Origin: Eledone cirrhosa
Lineage: Eukaryota
Assembly (NCBI GenBank): GCA_964016885.1
Contig: OZ024742.1
Location: 115,258,001 to 115,322,000, forward strand
Direction of reading: 5' to 3'
Length of the DNA: 64,000 nt
Position numbers and translations under genes: made by a program. Position 1 is the stretch's first letter; each line of letters opens with the position of its first letter. The notes beneath the pieces were generated by a model. That model was not told where the DNA came from, ran no database searches, and worked only from the letters and a program-made list of their open reading frames with translations. Below, piece after piece: positions 10,381 to 25,949 of the stretch.

Positions 10381-10717
10381 ACGTCAATTTAATCTTACTT
10401 ATTTAATCTTACTTGGAAATGTTTATAGTAGTTACAGAACATGATGTTATCAATTGTTTGTAATACATGCAATTCGAAGGAGGCTAGATCTCAAAGACTG
10501 GGAGTGTCTTTGAAATCTAGCCTCATGTTAAAATGTTCGGTGCCAGTGATCGATAACTCCGGCGAATGGTACTGCTTTCCATCTCAAAGTGAATATATGA
10601 TTTTTCCCTTTCTCTGATCATTTTCCTGTAATTTGTATTGTTGTATTGGTTGATGTTGGAATGTACACACAAACGCACGCACACACACACACACACACAC
10701 ATACACACTCACACACA

Positions 10718-10757
<40 letters not shown>

Positions 10758-11730
10758 CATATATATATGTACATTCAGATTATACACAGATGAACATATA
10801 AATAAGCAAAGACATAGCAATATACATATATCTGTATATGTCTGTATATAGAATTATATATTTACCAATATTGACACATACCTAATGACCCGGAAGAAGT
10901 CACGTTTTTCCGCGATTTCCATAAATGTAATAAATGAGGAACATGCAAGTAGATCATTTTGGTTTTATAAATTCAAGCCAAGAGCGTCTGTAAATTAAGT
11001 GTGAAATAGTGGAAATAATTTAAAGTTAAAATAATAAAAGGTAAATATAAACTAAAAAAAAAAATAAAACGAAACATTCAAGTCTGCAAAAACTAAATGT
11101 TTGTTCTAACCTAGGTCATTAAGAGATATTTTAGGAATTTTGTCTTTATTGCAAAGTAATTGAAATTTAATTCACAAAACCTACAATCACAGCAACATCA
11201 AATTAAACTTCATATATATATTTCGTCCATTCAAATGAGTTTTGAAGTTTTCTCATAAATTTGATAGAAATTATGAGATTTTATGATAAGAAGTATTTTT
11301 ACAAATTAGAAAAAAATATTTAAAAAACGTCTTCTTGTGTCAAGGGTCGGTGATCATTAATATGTTAACTAAATAAGCAGAAACAAATATTTTAAAAAAT
11401 TCCGATATCTAAATTATTACTTTTCTTGAGCAAATCTCCTTAATTATTTCAATTTATAATAATTAAATTTTGAAAGGACAAAATTAGAATTATTGATTTT
11501 TATATTCTCCAAACACATCAAGTTTCTAATATTTTCTCTTTATTTTTTAAATGTTGTTCTGCTTTAAATTTATTATTTGTTCTTTTAATTTAAATGCTGT
11601 TCACTTATTTGTCATGGGGAATATTAAATTTAAAATAATTGCCACCTTTCTATCCGTATTTACCATTCTATTAATGTACAGACATACATAATACGTACAC
11701 TCCTTATACACACAAATATATACATCACAT

Positions 11731-11960
<230 letters not shown>

Positions 11961-12302
11961 AGACAGTGTTTGCGTGTGTCTGTGTGTATATATGTAGATA
12001 TGTACATATGAAAGTCTGTATGTATGTATATAAGTATTTTGAATTCTCATTGATTGGAAATATTTTGAAAGATCAAATGCACTCGATCATTATAAATATT
12101 GAGCGAATCAAGATTTAAATGCACGTTTATATAAATATACAACCACCTATATGAAAATATTCAGGATACCGACGACTGAGTACCGGCCATTTCGACGCTA
12201 GATCTGAGTATTCTTGTGCGTTATAATCCAGATGGCATCTTATCATACCCTCTTTGTTAGACCCCCCCCACCCCCCCCACACATATATATATATATATAT
12301 AT

Positions 12303-13851
12303 AAAAACATGAGTAGAAAGAAGAATACTGCGTGGTTGCACATGGGTTACATATGATAAAATTAGTCCTTCGTCAGTGATTTGCCAACCATCATTGATAT
12401 TTCATCGCATTAAAAATCATATACCTCTGGTTGGTGCGAGCAATAACTAAAAAACGTTATTGGGACCAGTAAGTCGCGTAAAGCGAGGGGGACAAGTAAA
12501 CAACATAGAAGGATAAAGGCAAACCAAAGATAGGAAAATAAACAAGCAACATGGTTGTCCGGTCAGCATAGCTGGGTAGATTTCATGAGCGATCAAGATA
12601 CAGACCGTCCGACGTGAGTGAGATGTGAGCAAGAATAGAACCCACTACTAGCCAAACGGGAGGAAGTGAGAAGGGGAGAAACAGAGAGTGAGTGAGTGGA
12701 TGTGCGAGGAAGAGGTCAGTCGAGAGAAAGTGCAACTGACAGAGGGGGCGAAAGAAGGTGAGAGCAACAGAGAGAACGGGGAAGCAGTAAGAGAGAAACA
12801 GACAAACGCAGCCGGGGTAAATATATATAAAAAACATGAGTAGAAAGAAGAATACTGCGTGGTTGCACATGGGTTAGATATGATAAAATTAGTCCTTCGT
12901 CAGTGATTTGCCAACCATCATTGATATTTCATCGCATTAAATATCATATACCTCAGGTTGGTGCGAGCAATAACTAAAAAAAGTTATTGGGACAAGTAAA
13001 TCGCGTAAAGCGAGGGGGACAAGTAAACAACATAGAAGGATAAAAGCAAACCAAAGATAGGAAAATAAACAAGCAACATGGTTGTCCGGTCAGCATAAGC
13101 TGGGTTGATTTCATGAGCGATCAAGATACAGACCGTCCGACGTGAGTGGGATGTGAGCAAGAAGAGAACCCACTACTAGCCAAACGGGATATATATATAT
13201 ATATATATAAATATGAAAACATGTCGTGCTGCGTGGTTGCATATGGGTTACATATGAATAAATATAGTCCTTCATCAGTGATCTGCCAACCTTCATTGGT
13301 ATTTCATCGCTTTAAAGACCATATACCTCCGGTTGGTGCGGGCAACGGCTAAGGAAAGTCGTTGGGACACGTAAATAAGGGGAACGGGCGAGATGGAAAC
13401 AATCAAAGATGGTAATGCAACGAAAAGTGAGGAAGAAGGAGTCAAGTCCCTGAAATCTATGACCATAAGTTCGGTGAAAATCGTGGACGAGAGAGAATAA
13501 AGACCATCAAACTTGGTCGAAATGTGAGCAAGGAAACAATTTCGCACAGGTCAAACGGGAGGAAGAAGGAGAGGGTGTAGCAGAGACTGAGTGAGTGAAA
13601 GGTAAGGAAGAGGCTAACAGAGAAAGAGACTGTTAGAGGGGCTAAAGGAAGTGAGAGATACAGAGAAAAGATGAAGCAGTTTTCGTTGCATTACCCTCTT
13701 TGATTGTTTACAGTCTCGCTCGTTCCCCTTATTTACGTGTTCTAACGGCATTCTTTAGCCGCTGATCGCACCAACCGGAAGTATATGCTCTTTAAAGCGA
13801 TGAAATACCAATGAAGGTTGGCAGATCACTGATGAATGACTAAATGTATTC

Positions 13852-13856
<5 letters not shown>
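12303..13856. repeat. Non-coding ~500-bp repeat family: three direct units (12303-12820, 12831-13188, diverged 13213-13680) plus an inverted partial unit (13718-13856)
   Basis: Shared blocks such as CTGCGTGGTTGCA, AGTCCTTC(G/A)TCAGTGAT and GGTTGGTGCG; units are separated by (TA)n. Confidence 0.85.
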
Positions 13857-13923
<67 letters not shown>

Positions 13924-15230
13924 ATGTGTGCGTGTGTGTGTGTGTGTGTGTGTGCGCGTGTGGGTGTGTGTGCGTGTGTGTGCATGAGTATGTGTGTGTG
14001 TGTGTGTATATATTTAAACATTTATTCTGGGAAATTCATATTTATGCAAATAACGTTTTATCCTCACTGTGATTTCGAACTCAACAAGTTATACTAATGG
14101 AATATTTAGTGATTGAGAAATCTGTCACATTGTATTTACTGATCTATTTTTTCCCTCTTAATTTCCGATATATTATCTCGTTTTTTTTTCCTTTTTTCCT
14201 TTGTATATTCATAATAGAAATTAATACTTCGCTAACAATCGACTATTACTATTGATCTCCTATTCCTGTATTTCATAACTAATTGTTTGTAGTATATTTA
14301 CTGAAGCAGATAATAGAAATTATTATTTGTATTATGTTGGCAATAATCGTATTATATATTTAACACTAATCTACTAATTATTCGGCATCTAACAATATTG
14401 TAAATACAGATTTCAGTTTTAACGATTAAAATTCATACTGAATTTCTACACCTAATCTGTTAGTATTTTGATACTTCAGTTATGATATAATGATATTCTT
14501 TATTAAATACATATTTTCGAATTTCAAGATTTTAACTATTATTTTGTTTCAGCGTATTTCCGAAAAAGTATCATATTAGCTATGTCATTCAATGTTATGT
14601 TAATAAACAAGAACTTATGGACTTCGTACAAATTATACATTTTCTCTTATATTAATATATGATTTCTAGCATCTTATTCAGTAAATATAGCTCACATGCT
14701 AGATATCTGCACACAATTTTAAGTGATAAATTAAAGCTGTGAAAATGTTCTGACCGTAGGTTGTAAAGACTTTAACGTTCGGCTCCACAATAAACAAGAC
14801 GTTTTTTTTCTAAAATTTATCCTAAAAATTTAGCAGGAAACCGCCATGGAAATCGTCATCAGAGTGTTTTCAGCACGATAATAATCCTACGAATTTCGCA
14901 CGTAAAACAAGTGGAACGTTGCTGGAATTTCGATGGAATATCTGTAGGGATCCACCCTACAAGCCGCATTTTGAATTGCCAGCTACTTTGTTATTTCCTA
15001 AACTTAACTTAATTGGAAAAGGTGCCCAATTTCAGAACATTAGTGATGATTGTTTGCTAACGTCAAACTCTCAGGCATCTCGTTTCTAGTATGACGTTAT
15101 AAGTGGCTAGAATTATTACTTACAAAAGTGCCTTCCAGTTGATAGTCCTTATGTGAACATTTAAATAACACTTTTAAAATAAATTGTTTTAACTCCATAC
15201 TATGTTTGCACTAACGATGTAAAGGCCACT

Positions 15231-15294
<64 letters not shown>

Positions 15295-15315
15295 ATATAT
15301 ATACAAGTAAAATAT

Positions 15316-16272
15316 AGAAAGGATAAAAAGACGATTGATTATTCCTTCATTGCATTTATTGATAGGTGACGCGCGTTTCGCCACTGATCAGCTCAAGTTT
15401 CGATCTATATCGATCCTACCCGACTCAATAATCGGCAGCTCGACGGACCCTCTTAAAATGCTATAAGAAAATGAAATACATGCTATGTGGTAAAGTCAGA
15501 GTTTCAAGAGTTTGACAAAATGAGATGTTTTGATTGGTGAGAAGGATCAAGGCGATGTACTGGCCTGTAGTGTATATGGGGGTGGATGTGATGGTGAGAT
15601 GTTGGTGACGGTCTGTGGATGAGGTGGCCTGGTGGTGTAGTGGTGGTGGGATTGGCCTTGGCCTGTAGAGTATATAGGCGTGGATGTGAAGATATGGTGG
15701 TGGTTAAGGTTATTTAGTGGGATGGTCTGTGGTGTGAGTTTAGTGGATTGTCAGTAGACGGGTTGGCGTGTGGGTGGGGGTGTGAGGTGGTGCCTTTGTC
15801 TATGGTAGCGAGTTTTTTGGTGGTGTGGTGGATGTATTGGTCGCGTCAGGTCCTTACATAGATACATAGTCTGTCGCTCTTCGTCTGACAGATACCTTGT
15901 ATATACGTATACGTACACACATATATGTATATATGTGCACATATATTGTTGTATAAACACACACAACATAAGACACATGCGCACATCCTAGCCCACACAT
16001 ATCGGCATACGCTCACACACAGCCATATGTATATGTACACACATGTATGTGCATGCGCGCATACGGACACGAATATGGAGAGTGGGGGATTATCGGTGAG
16101 GGTGGCGAACGACAGAGATGGGGGGGAAGGTGAGGGGTGATGTAGAAGGTGTTTTACATATATACTTACACATACATACACATGGGTATGGGCACATGGA
16201 CTGACACTCATGTATGCAAGATATACACATACACACTCGCACACACGTATACTCACACATATATATATATAT

Positions 16273-16313
<41 letters not shown>

Positions 16314-17636
16314 TGTACCGACAACACACACATACACGCACATATACACATACATGCACATATATGAGCTCACCTACACATACAGTCAGATTTACCCATA
16401 TACATATATGTAGACGTACACATACACACACATACATACACATACATATATACACACACATACACATATGCATACACATACACATATATATATATATACA
16501 TATATATATACACACACATATACATATGTATATACATGTGTTCACATACACACACACACACACATACAGATAAATTTGCGTACACGCACGCACACTTAAA
16601 ACGCCCGTATGAGTAAAATACTTACACACAGACACACACTATTGTTGGTTGGGGAGTGGAGGTATGTTTTGTCGGTGTTGATGAAGTATGGAGTTGTGTT
16701 TTGTGGTGGTGTTGGTGGTGGTGGCGAATGTGTATGTGTATATATTGCATACATGAGTGTGAGTCCATGTGCCCATACCCATGTGTATGTATGCGTATGT
16801 ATATATGTAAAACACCTTCTACATCGCTCCTCATCTTCCCCCCATCTCTGTCGTTCGCCACCCTCACCGATACTCCCCCACTCTCCATATTCGTGTCCGT
16901 ATGCGCGCATGCACATACATGTGTGTACATATAGATATGGCTGTGTGTGAGCGTATGCCGATATGTGTGGGCTAGGATGTGCGTATGTGTCTTATGTTGT
17001 GTGTGTTTATACAACAATATATGTGCACATATATACATATATGTGTGTACGTATACGTATATACAAGGTATCTGTCAGACGAAGAGCGACTAACTATGTA
17101 TCTATGTAAGGACCTGACGCCACCAATACATCCACCACACCACCAAAAACCCCGCTACCATAGACAAAGGCACCACCTCACACCCCTACCCACACGCCAA
17201 CCCGTCTACTGACAACCCACCAACCTCACACCACAGCCCATCCCACTAAATAACCTTAACCACCACCATATCTTCACATCCACCCCCACATACTCTACAC
17301 GCCAAGGCCAACCCACCACCACCACACCACAGGCCACCTCATCCACAGACCGTCACCAACATCTCACCATCACACCCACCCCCATATACACTACAGGCCA
17401 GTACATCGCCTTGATCCTTCTCACCAATCAAAACATCTCATTTTGTCAAACTCTTGAAACTGTGACTTTACCACATAGCATATATTTCATTTTCTCATAG
17501 CATTTTAAGAGGGTCCGTTGAGCTGCCGATTATTGAGTCGGTATAGATCGAACCATGAGCTGATCACTGGCGAAACGCGCGTCACCTATCAATAAATGCA
17601 ATGAAGGAATAATCAATCGTTCTTTTTATCCTTTCT
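15316..17636. repeat. Long inverted repeat: arms ~15316-16240 and ~16724-17636, spacer ~480 bp
   Basis: The arms are reverse complements; near-identical spurious ORFs 15751-15984(-) and 16979-17212(+) confirm this. Confidence 0.93.
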
Positions 17637-17989
17637 CTCTCTCTCTATATATATATATATATACATTAAGCATTTGAAAAATACAAAATATAAAATATAC
17701 AATATAAAATATGAATCATAATTTAAAATGAATTATATTTTTTTTTTAATATAAGAAAATAGAATATAGAATACACAGTATAAAATATGAATTATGAATT
17801 GTTTGTACCCATCATAGGAATTTTCAGAAAAAACTCTTTCTTCAAATCTTTCAGTACGTTTATCAAGAAAAGTATTTCAAGAAAAATTTGTTTAAGATAG
17901 TTATAAGCAGTGATATAAAGGAATCTAATGAATTATCGATAGGTTTAATAAAGATGAGTTATGTATTACAATGTATATATATATATACG

Positions 17990-20162
17990 TTGAGTTCAAA
18001 CTATGTTTGCAAGAACTGAAAAGATTATTTCTTAAATTAATAGAATTCTTAATTTTTAATATAAAGAATATCTCCTCTATACAAAGTGCACAATTTTCAG
18101 AAGAAGCATTGAATGGATGAGTTTGGAGATTATATTACAAAGTAAAGAATAGTTAGTCTTCTTTGATTTTAGGTCCCATAGTAAATAAGATAGAGAAGTT
18201 GAACATGTTTTATTTATATTCGTAAAAGAGCATTTATGATTATTAAAACGAGACTTAAATCTGTGGGGGTAGAGCCTACATAATTAAATGAATTTAAATT
18301 ATTTTTTACATTACAATTATATACTATATTTTTAACTAAACAATTGTTATTTAACGGACAGTTAGATTTATTTCTACAGTTACATTTATCAAAATTTGAG
18401 TTTCTATGTGCCGTATTATTCAGTTGGATATTGCTGGGGTTATTAATGGTATTCTGGTTAGGATTTAAGTTTCTATTATTAATTCTATTAATATTCTGCG
18501 CTAAATTACTGGTGGTTGGATATGTTAATTTTATAGTATGTCTATTAAATATTGAGTAATATCTGTGTTCTAGGGAAGCATTTATCTAGAGCTTTAAAGA
18601 ATAATTTAGCAATAGGAGTTTTAATATTAATGAGAAAGGATGAGCGAACCATAATATATTCCTAGTTCTATTTCTTTATTGTTTTTCGAATTAGTGTAAG
18701 GTTTTCTATTCTAGTTGTTAAAATTATAGTTATTCGTCATATCATTACTATCAATGTATTTAATTGTATTACTATATCCATCTCTAACTAACGCTTCGTT
18801 ATAATATTGCGCGTTATCTTCAAAAATATTCTTATTAGCTGAAATTCTAGAAATACGTTGCTCCACTATAGTGTTTTTAACGGATCTGGGGTGATTGGAA
18901 TTAAAATTAACGTAGTTTAAGTTCTAATTTATTTTGTGAAATGGATAATAAAGACCTGTGTTAAGGTTTACAGTTACATCTAGAAAGTTAACTATTTTAT
19001 AATTATTCTCTATTTCTACTTTAAGATTAAGGTAATCAAACAATTGTATAATTTCTTTTCTTCTCCTATTTATTTCAGAGTTATTATTATTTTCTATAAG
19101 TAATAGCATATCGTCGCGATATAAACCTCCGGTCATCTCCGGTATTTTCCTGTGTAGAGTATTATTAATAAAAAGCCCCACAAGATCCGTTATTTGGGCG
19201 GGATCAGATGACCCCATAGTGATATCGAAATTATTATCTCTGTCTGCTCTAGTCCAGAGGTGGTTGTTAAATTTAATTAATGTTTTCGTTGCAGTTAAGA
19301 TAATGCGCATTTCATTACTAGTTAATGCATATGTTAGGGCTTTGTTAAGTAGAATAGGTTGATGAATGAGTAACAATTAGCAATATCCAATTGAATAAAC
19401 TTATTATTATAGTTATATTTAATGTATTTAAACCAATCGATAACTTCGCTAGTTACTTTACATAATTTTAAATAAGATAATTCTTTAATCTGTGGTATGA
19501 TTCTGTCTAAAATGTTCTTGCTAAGTATGCCATGGTCCGATTTAGATGGTGCAATTAATCTAACTGGTAATTCAATTTCACAATTCCTTTTATGGACTTT
19601 CATATTAATTTTTGGTTTCCTTGGCATGAAGGGTTGTGTCCTATTTTTAATGCCGAATTCCTGCATTATGTAAGAAGCTTCTGTATTCAAAGTTTCAAGG
19701 TCATCATAGGTTGTCTTTTTGTATTTCTTCCTTAATTCCTTTAATATAAGATAACTATAAATATCATTTTGCATTCCATAGAGATTGTTGGTTTTATCTG
19801 ACTTGACTAGAATTTTTTCCGTTTTTTCAAAGCTTTCTATATTATGTTTGAGATTTCTTAGGCAATCCTGTCCTATGAAGTTGTTTTTTTTTAATTTAAT
19901 GCTTTGAATGATAGAGATGATTTCATTTTCAAAATCCATTAGTAGTTTGTTGGCAGGTGGATTCTTTTTAGATTTGAAGATCCTATCAAGATTGTAAATA
20001 TTCTCTTTTTCATCAGATTTATCAAAGTGGAAAGCACGCCACCTGAGTCTTCTTATAAATGAGTCTGATTTTTCTATTAATTGTTTTGTAAAGTCTTTAT
20101 TCCTAGGTAAATGTATGTCCTTTAGAGAAGAAGAGATCTTAAAGAATTCCATTATTTTTCAA
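17990..20162 (-). mobile_element. Penelope-like element (Neptune-like N-terminus), near full-length, frameshifted
   Basis: SLKDIHLP...FIRRLRWRAF, FIQLDIA, FDITMGS, GGLYRDD, VNFLDVTVNL, then CRNKSNCPLNNNCLVKNIVY...YVG (GIY-YIG). Confidence 0.88.
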
Positions 20163-20316
20163 TTTAAAGCGCTCGACAGTAAAGGAGCACAAATATATGT
20201 AGAGGTTATTTAATTTGTTGGTAAACAACAAGCAAAATATTTTTATAACTGATATATATATATATATATATATATAAATATATATATAAATATATATTGT
20301 GATATATTGTGAATAT

Positions 20317-20416
<100 letters not shown>

Positions 20417-21727
20417 ATGGGGGGGGGAGGATACGTATATTTAGAAACCAAATACATATATATCAATGAGTGTTTGCAGGGATGTGAATCCTAATCTGTA
20501 ATTAATCAGCAGAGAAGACAAGTGTTTATTGAGCCGACATCCTATATTGACACATATTCTCATGAATATTAAAACGACATTTAGTAAATATTGCTCTTCA
20601 AAACCTTGACTAAAGATGTTGACATAGCTAGAATGGATATATCACACCTCCATCTTCGTGATTGTTTGAGATTTGTGTTATGTCACTAGCAATCCAACAT
20701 ATAATGAAATGACTGTGTTTAAAATGATAGTATTTTAGCGTTTTTATAGAACTATGAGAGTATTGTTATTTTCATGCATGGTACTTTTGGCTGTAAAACA
20801 ATACAGTTAAAGTTACCAGATAAATTAGAAGAGATAAAATAGCTTACAGCAGAAGAATATTTAATGATACCAAGTAACAACGGTGAAAAGGTTTACTAAA
20901 ATATATCTGCAAGTAATATATTTTGCAGCTTCTTAGATGGTGAATTACATACACATGCAGACATATATATATACATATATATATATAAACATACACACAT
21001 ACGTATTTACATACGTTATATATTTATATATAAAACGCTGAAAATTAGATGTAAATATAAATAAAACAATGCCTTTCATTTGTTCACGAGTAAAACATTA
21101 TTGAAAATAATATATTTTTAGATTTACTAAATAACATTGTGAACGACAAAAAATGTTCTTGTGACTAAATAACTGTGAGAAATACAATATACTTTAGTGT
21201 TAGTAACTTTAAGTAAAACATTATTTTTAGTGTCACAAAGTAAACTGATATTTATCTCTCTTGCATGAGAGAACGATTTTTATATATCTCATAATGCCAA
21301 AAATATGTTCCCTCATGGGATATGATATTTTGGAGATATGATGTTATAAAACAGCAAATAAGAAATACAATAACGTAAGCCACAAACAGTATATGAGTTG
21401 TTTAAATATTTCAAAGAGATCACTTTCGTTGAATAAACTAAAGACAGATTTATCGATATTTGATGTGGAGATTGCCAGAGACAAACTAAAATATGAACAT
21501 TCTTTTGCAAGACTTCAATGGCTTTATATTAGTTTGAAAATATATACGAGTATAGGTTATCAAAAAGATATAATAACCCGCTTCGATTTGTTTCCCATTT
21601 TTCCTTTGCAAATCTCCATATATATATAATCATTCCAAATACATTTACGTGAGTATGGGTACATGCGTATTTAACTGGTTGTGCACATATATATTATATA
21701 TAAACCCCCCCTCCCGATATATATATG

Positions 21728-21790
<63 letters not shown>

Positions 21791-21986
21791 GGTGGGTCAT
21801 GTTCTGCGTGCGTGAGTGTGTGCGTCTATATGTTTGTGTACGTTAACAAATGTATGTATTTAGGCACAATGTTTCATGTCGTGAGAACATAATCATAGAT
21901 ATATAGTTCATTTCAGATAATAATGTTATTATTCTTATTTATGATGGTCAGAACACACTTAGCTTAGTTCATCTTTGTGTTACGCT

Positions 21987-22055
<69 letters not shown>

Positions 22056-22227
22056 GTTATATAGTAAGGTGCATTATTGGTTGTGTAAAATGGTCCAATA
22101 ACTTTATGATAGCAATATTAAATTATCCACGCTTTTGTATATCTCTGATTCCAATCAAGGGAACAGCTAGATGATGTAAAACGGAGTATAAGTATCAACA
22201 TGAAAGTCCGAAGGCAAGGTAAAATTC

Positions 22228-22322
22228 CAATCATTTAATCACGACACATGTTTCAATAAGAGATAGATCGATTGTGAAGCTATGATCGATTATCATTGAT
22301 CTCATCAGTTGAAAATGAATTG
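22228..22322 (-). ncRNA. Type I minimal hammerhead ribozyme (left arm)
   Basis: Minus strand: CTGATGA (22308-22302), long stem II, GAAAC-ATGT-GTC, then stem I; one mismatch at the base of stem I. Confidence 0.7.
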
Positions 22323-22635
22323 TCTTCAAATTCTTGATATGAGGGAGAAAAAGTAACGATGTTTTCTCACAGAATTCAATCCCTCATATGGAGACACACC
22401 AGTCAGAAACACGGCGACTGCTATTAGCTTCAGTTGAGGTCATAACAGTTTTCAGATTTCTATCGCTGCAAAAGACGCTGGACATCAATCAAATATGTAG
22501 GGATACAGTCAGTCACAGTTAAAACTGAAGCTAATAGCAGTCGCCGTGTTTCTGACTGGTGTGTCTCCATATGGGGGAATTAATTATGTGAGAGAATATC
22601 GTTATTTTTTCTCCCTCATATCAAGAATTTGAAGA

Positions 22636-22730
22636 CAATTCATTTTCACCTGATGAGATCAGTGACAATCGATCATGGCTTCACAATCGAAATATCTCTT
22701 ATTGAAACATGTGTCGTGATTAAATGATTG
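22636..22730 (+). ncRNA. Type I minimal hammerhead ribozyme (right arm)
   Basis: Stem I TCAC/GTGA extended by CATTT/AAATG; CTGATGA 22650-22656; GAAAC 22704-22708; ACATGT palindrome spanning stem/loop III; GUC cleavage triplet 22713-22715. Confidence 0.8.
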
Positions 22731-22752
22731 GAATTTTTCCTGGCCTTCGGAT

Positions 22753-22829
<77 letters not shown>

Positions 22830-22974
22830 GTAGATAAATCTACCAAACGTTTACGGTAGTATCCAATCCGTATGAAGAACTCAATGTAGTCCGGATATCA
22901 TGAAAAGAGAAGATGAATTCAAAAACTACTTTCGGTGAAAAATAAACGGAAGACAGTGTCAAGATAAATTAATA

Positions 22975-24840
<1,866 letters not shown>

Positions 24841-24946
24841 TATATTTTGTTTTATGTTTTTAGAAATTCTTATAGAAATCTAGTAAATAATCAGGAGCCA
24901 TATATATATTGCTATTTCAGAGCTCCAAATGTAATTTTTATATATA

Positions 24947-25017
<71 letters not shown>

Positions 25018-25036
25018 GTATATTTATGTGTATATA

Positions 25037-25129
<93 letters not shown>

Positions 25130-25156
25130 ATATATATATGTATATATGTATGTATG

Positions 25157-25216
<60 letters not shown>

Positions 25217-25226
<10 letters not shown>

Positions 25227-25435
25227 GTAGTTTAGAAAGCCACAACAATGCAGATGAGAAATAGGAGAAAAGTGAAAATTGAGAGAAACGAAAAAGGAAA
25301 ACAAAGCAAAGGTAGAGGGTTACCGTAGTGGAGATTTAATCCCAATTTTCACTTTTCTCCTATTTCTCACTCACTTCCTACCTCGAGATATCCCATCTGC
25401 ATTGTTGTGGCTTTCTAAACTATATATTTTACATA
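25217..25435. repeat. Short inverted repeat
   Basis: TAGTTTAGAAAGCCACAACAATGCAGATG...GAGAAATAGGAGAAAAGTGAAAATTG is mirrored at 25343-25435; the left arm lacks a ~25-bp internal segment. Confidence 0.85.
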
Positions 25436-25466
25436 TTTCACAATGCTTCAAGCAAACTTTAACACC

Positions 25467-25519
<53 letters not shown>

Positions 25520-25949
25520 CAGACGTGCAACTTGATTTTTGTCTATTTCGACCATGAGCATGTTTACTCAAATAAAAATAACTCTTATGTACTTCATGAA
25601 TGTACATACACTATTATTCAGAAATAATCAGCCAAACCTTGTTGATATGTCTAGACATTTCATTTACATGTAGAGACCATTCAAATGGCCTCCAATTTTA
25701 TTAGTAAGGGTTATTTCAACCTGAGGCTGTGGTACAATATATTTACTTACGTTATAGAGTATTCATGTAACCTGGGATCTTCAACTTGCATATTTATTAA
25801 CAATAAACAATTCGGCATTGCTGTACCAATTGAACATACAACTCACAAACACACAAAAAATCACGTATGCACATTTGAAACCTGAATATATATATAATTT
25901 GTTTGATATTATGGGGTCATATCTTAGAGACTGTTCTTAATATTGTAAT

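Larger units (their letters stand above)
22200..22758. repeat. Fold-back inverted repeat, arms 22200-22435 and 22523-22758
   Basis: About 236-bp arms with few mismatches and an ~87-bp spacer. Confidence 0.93.
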
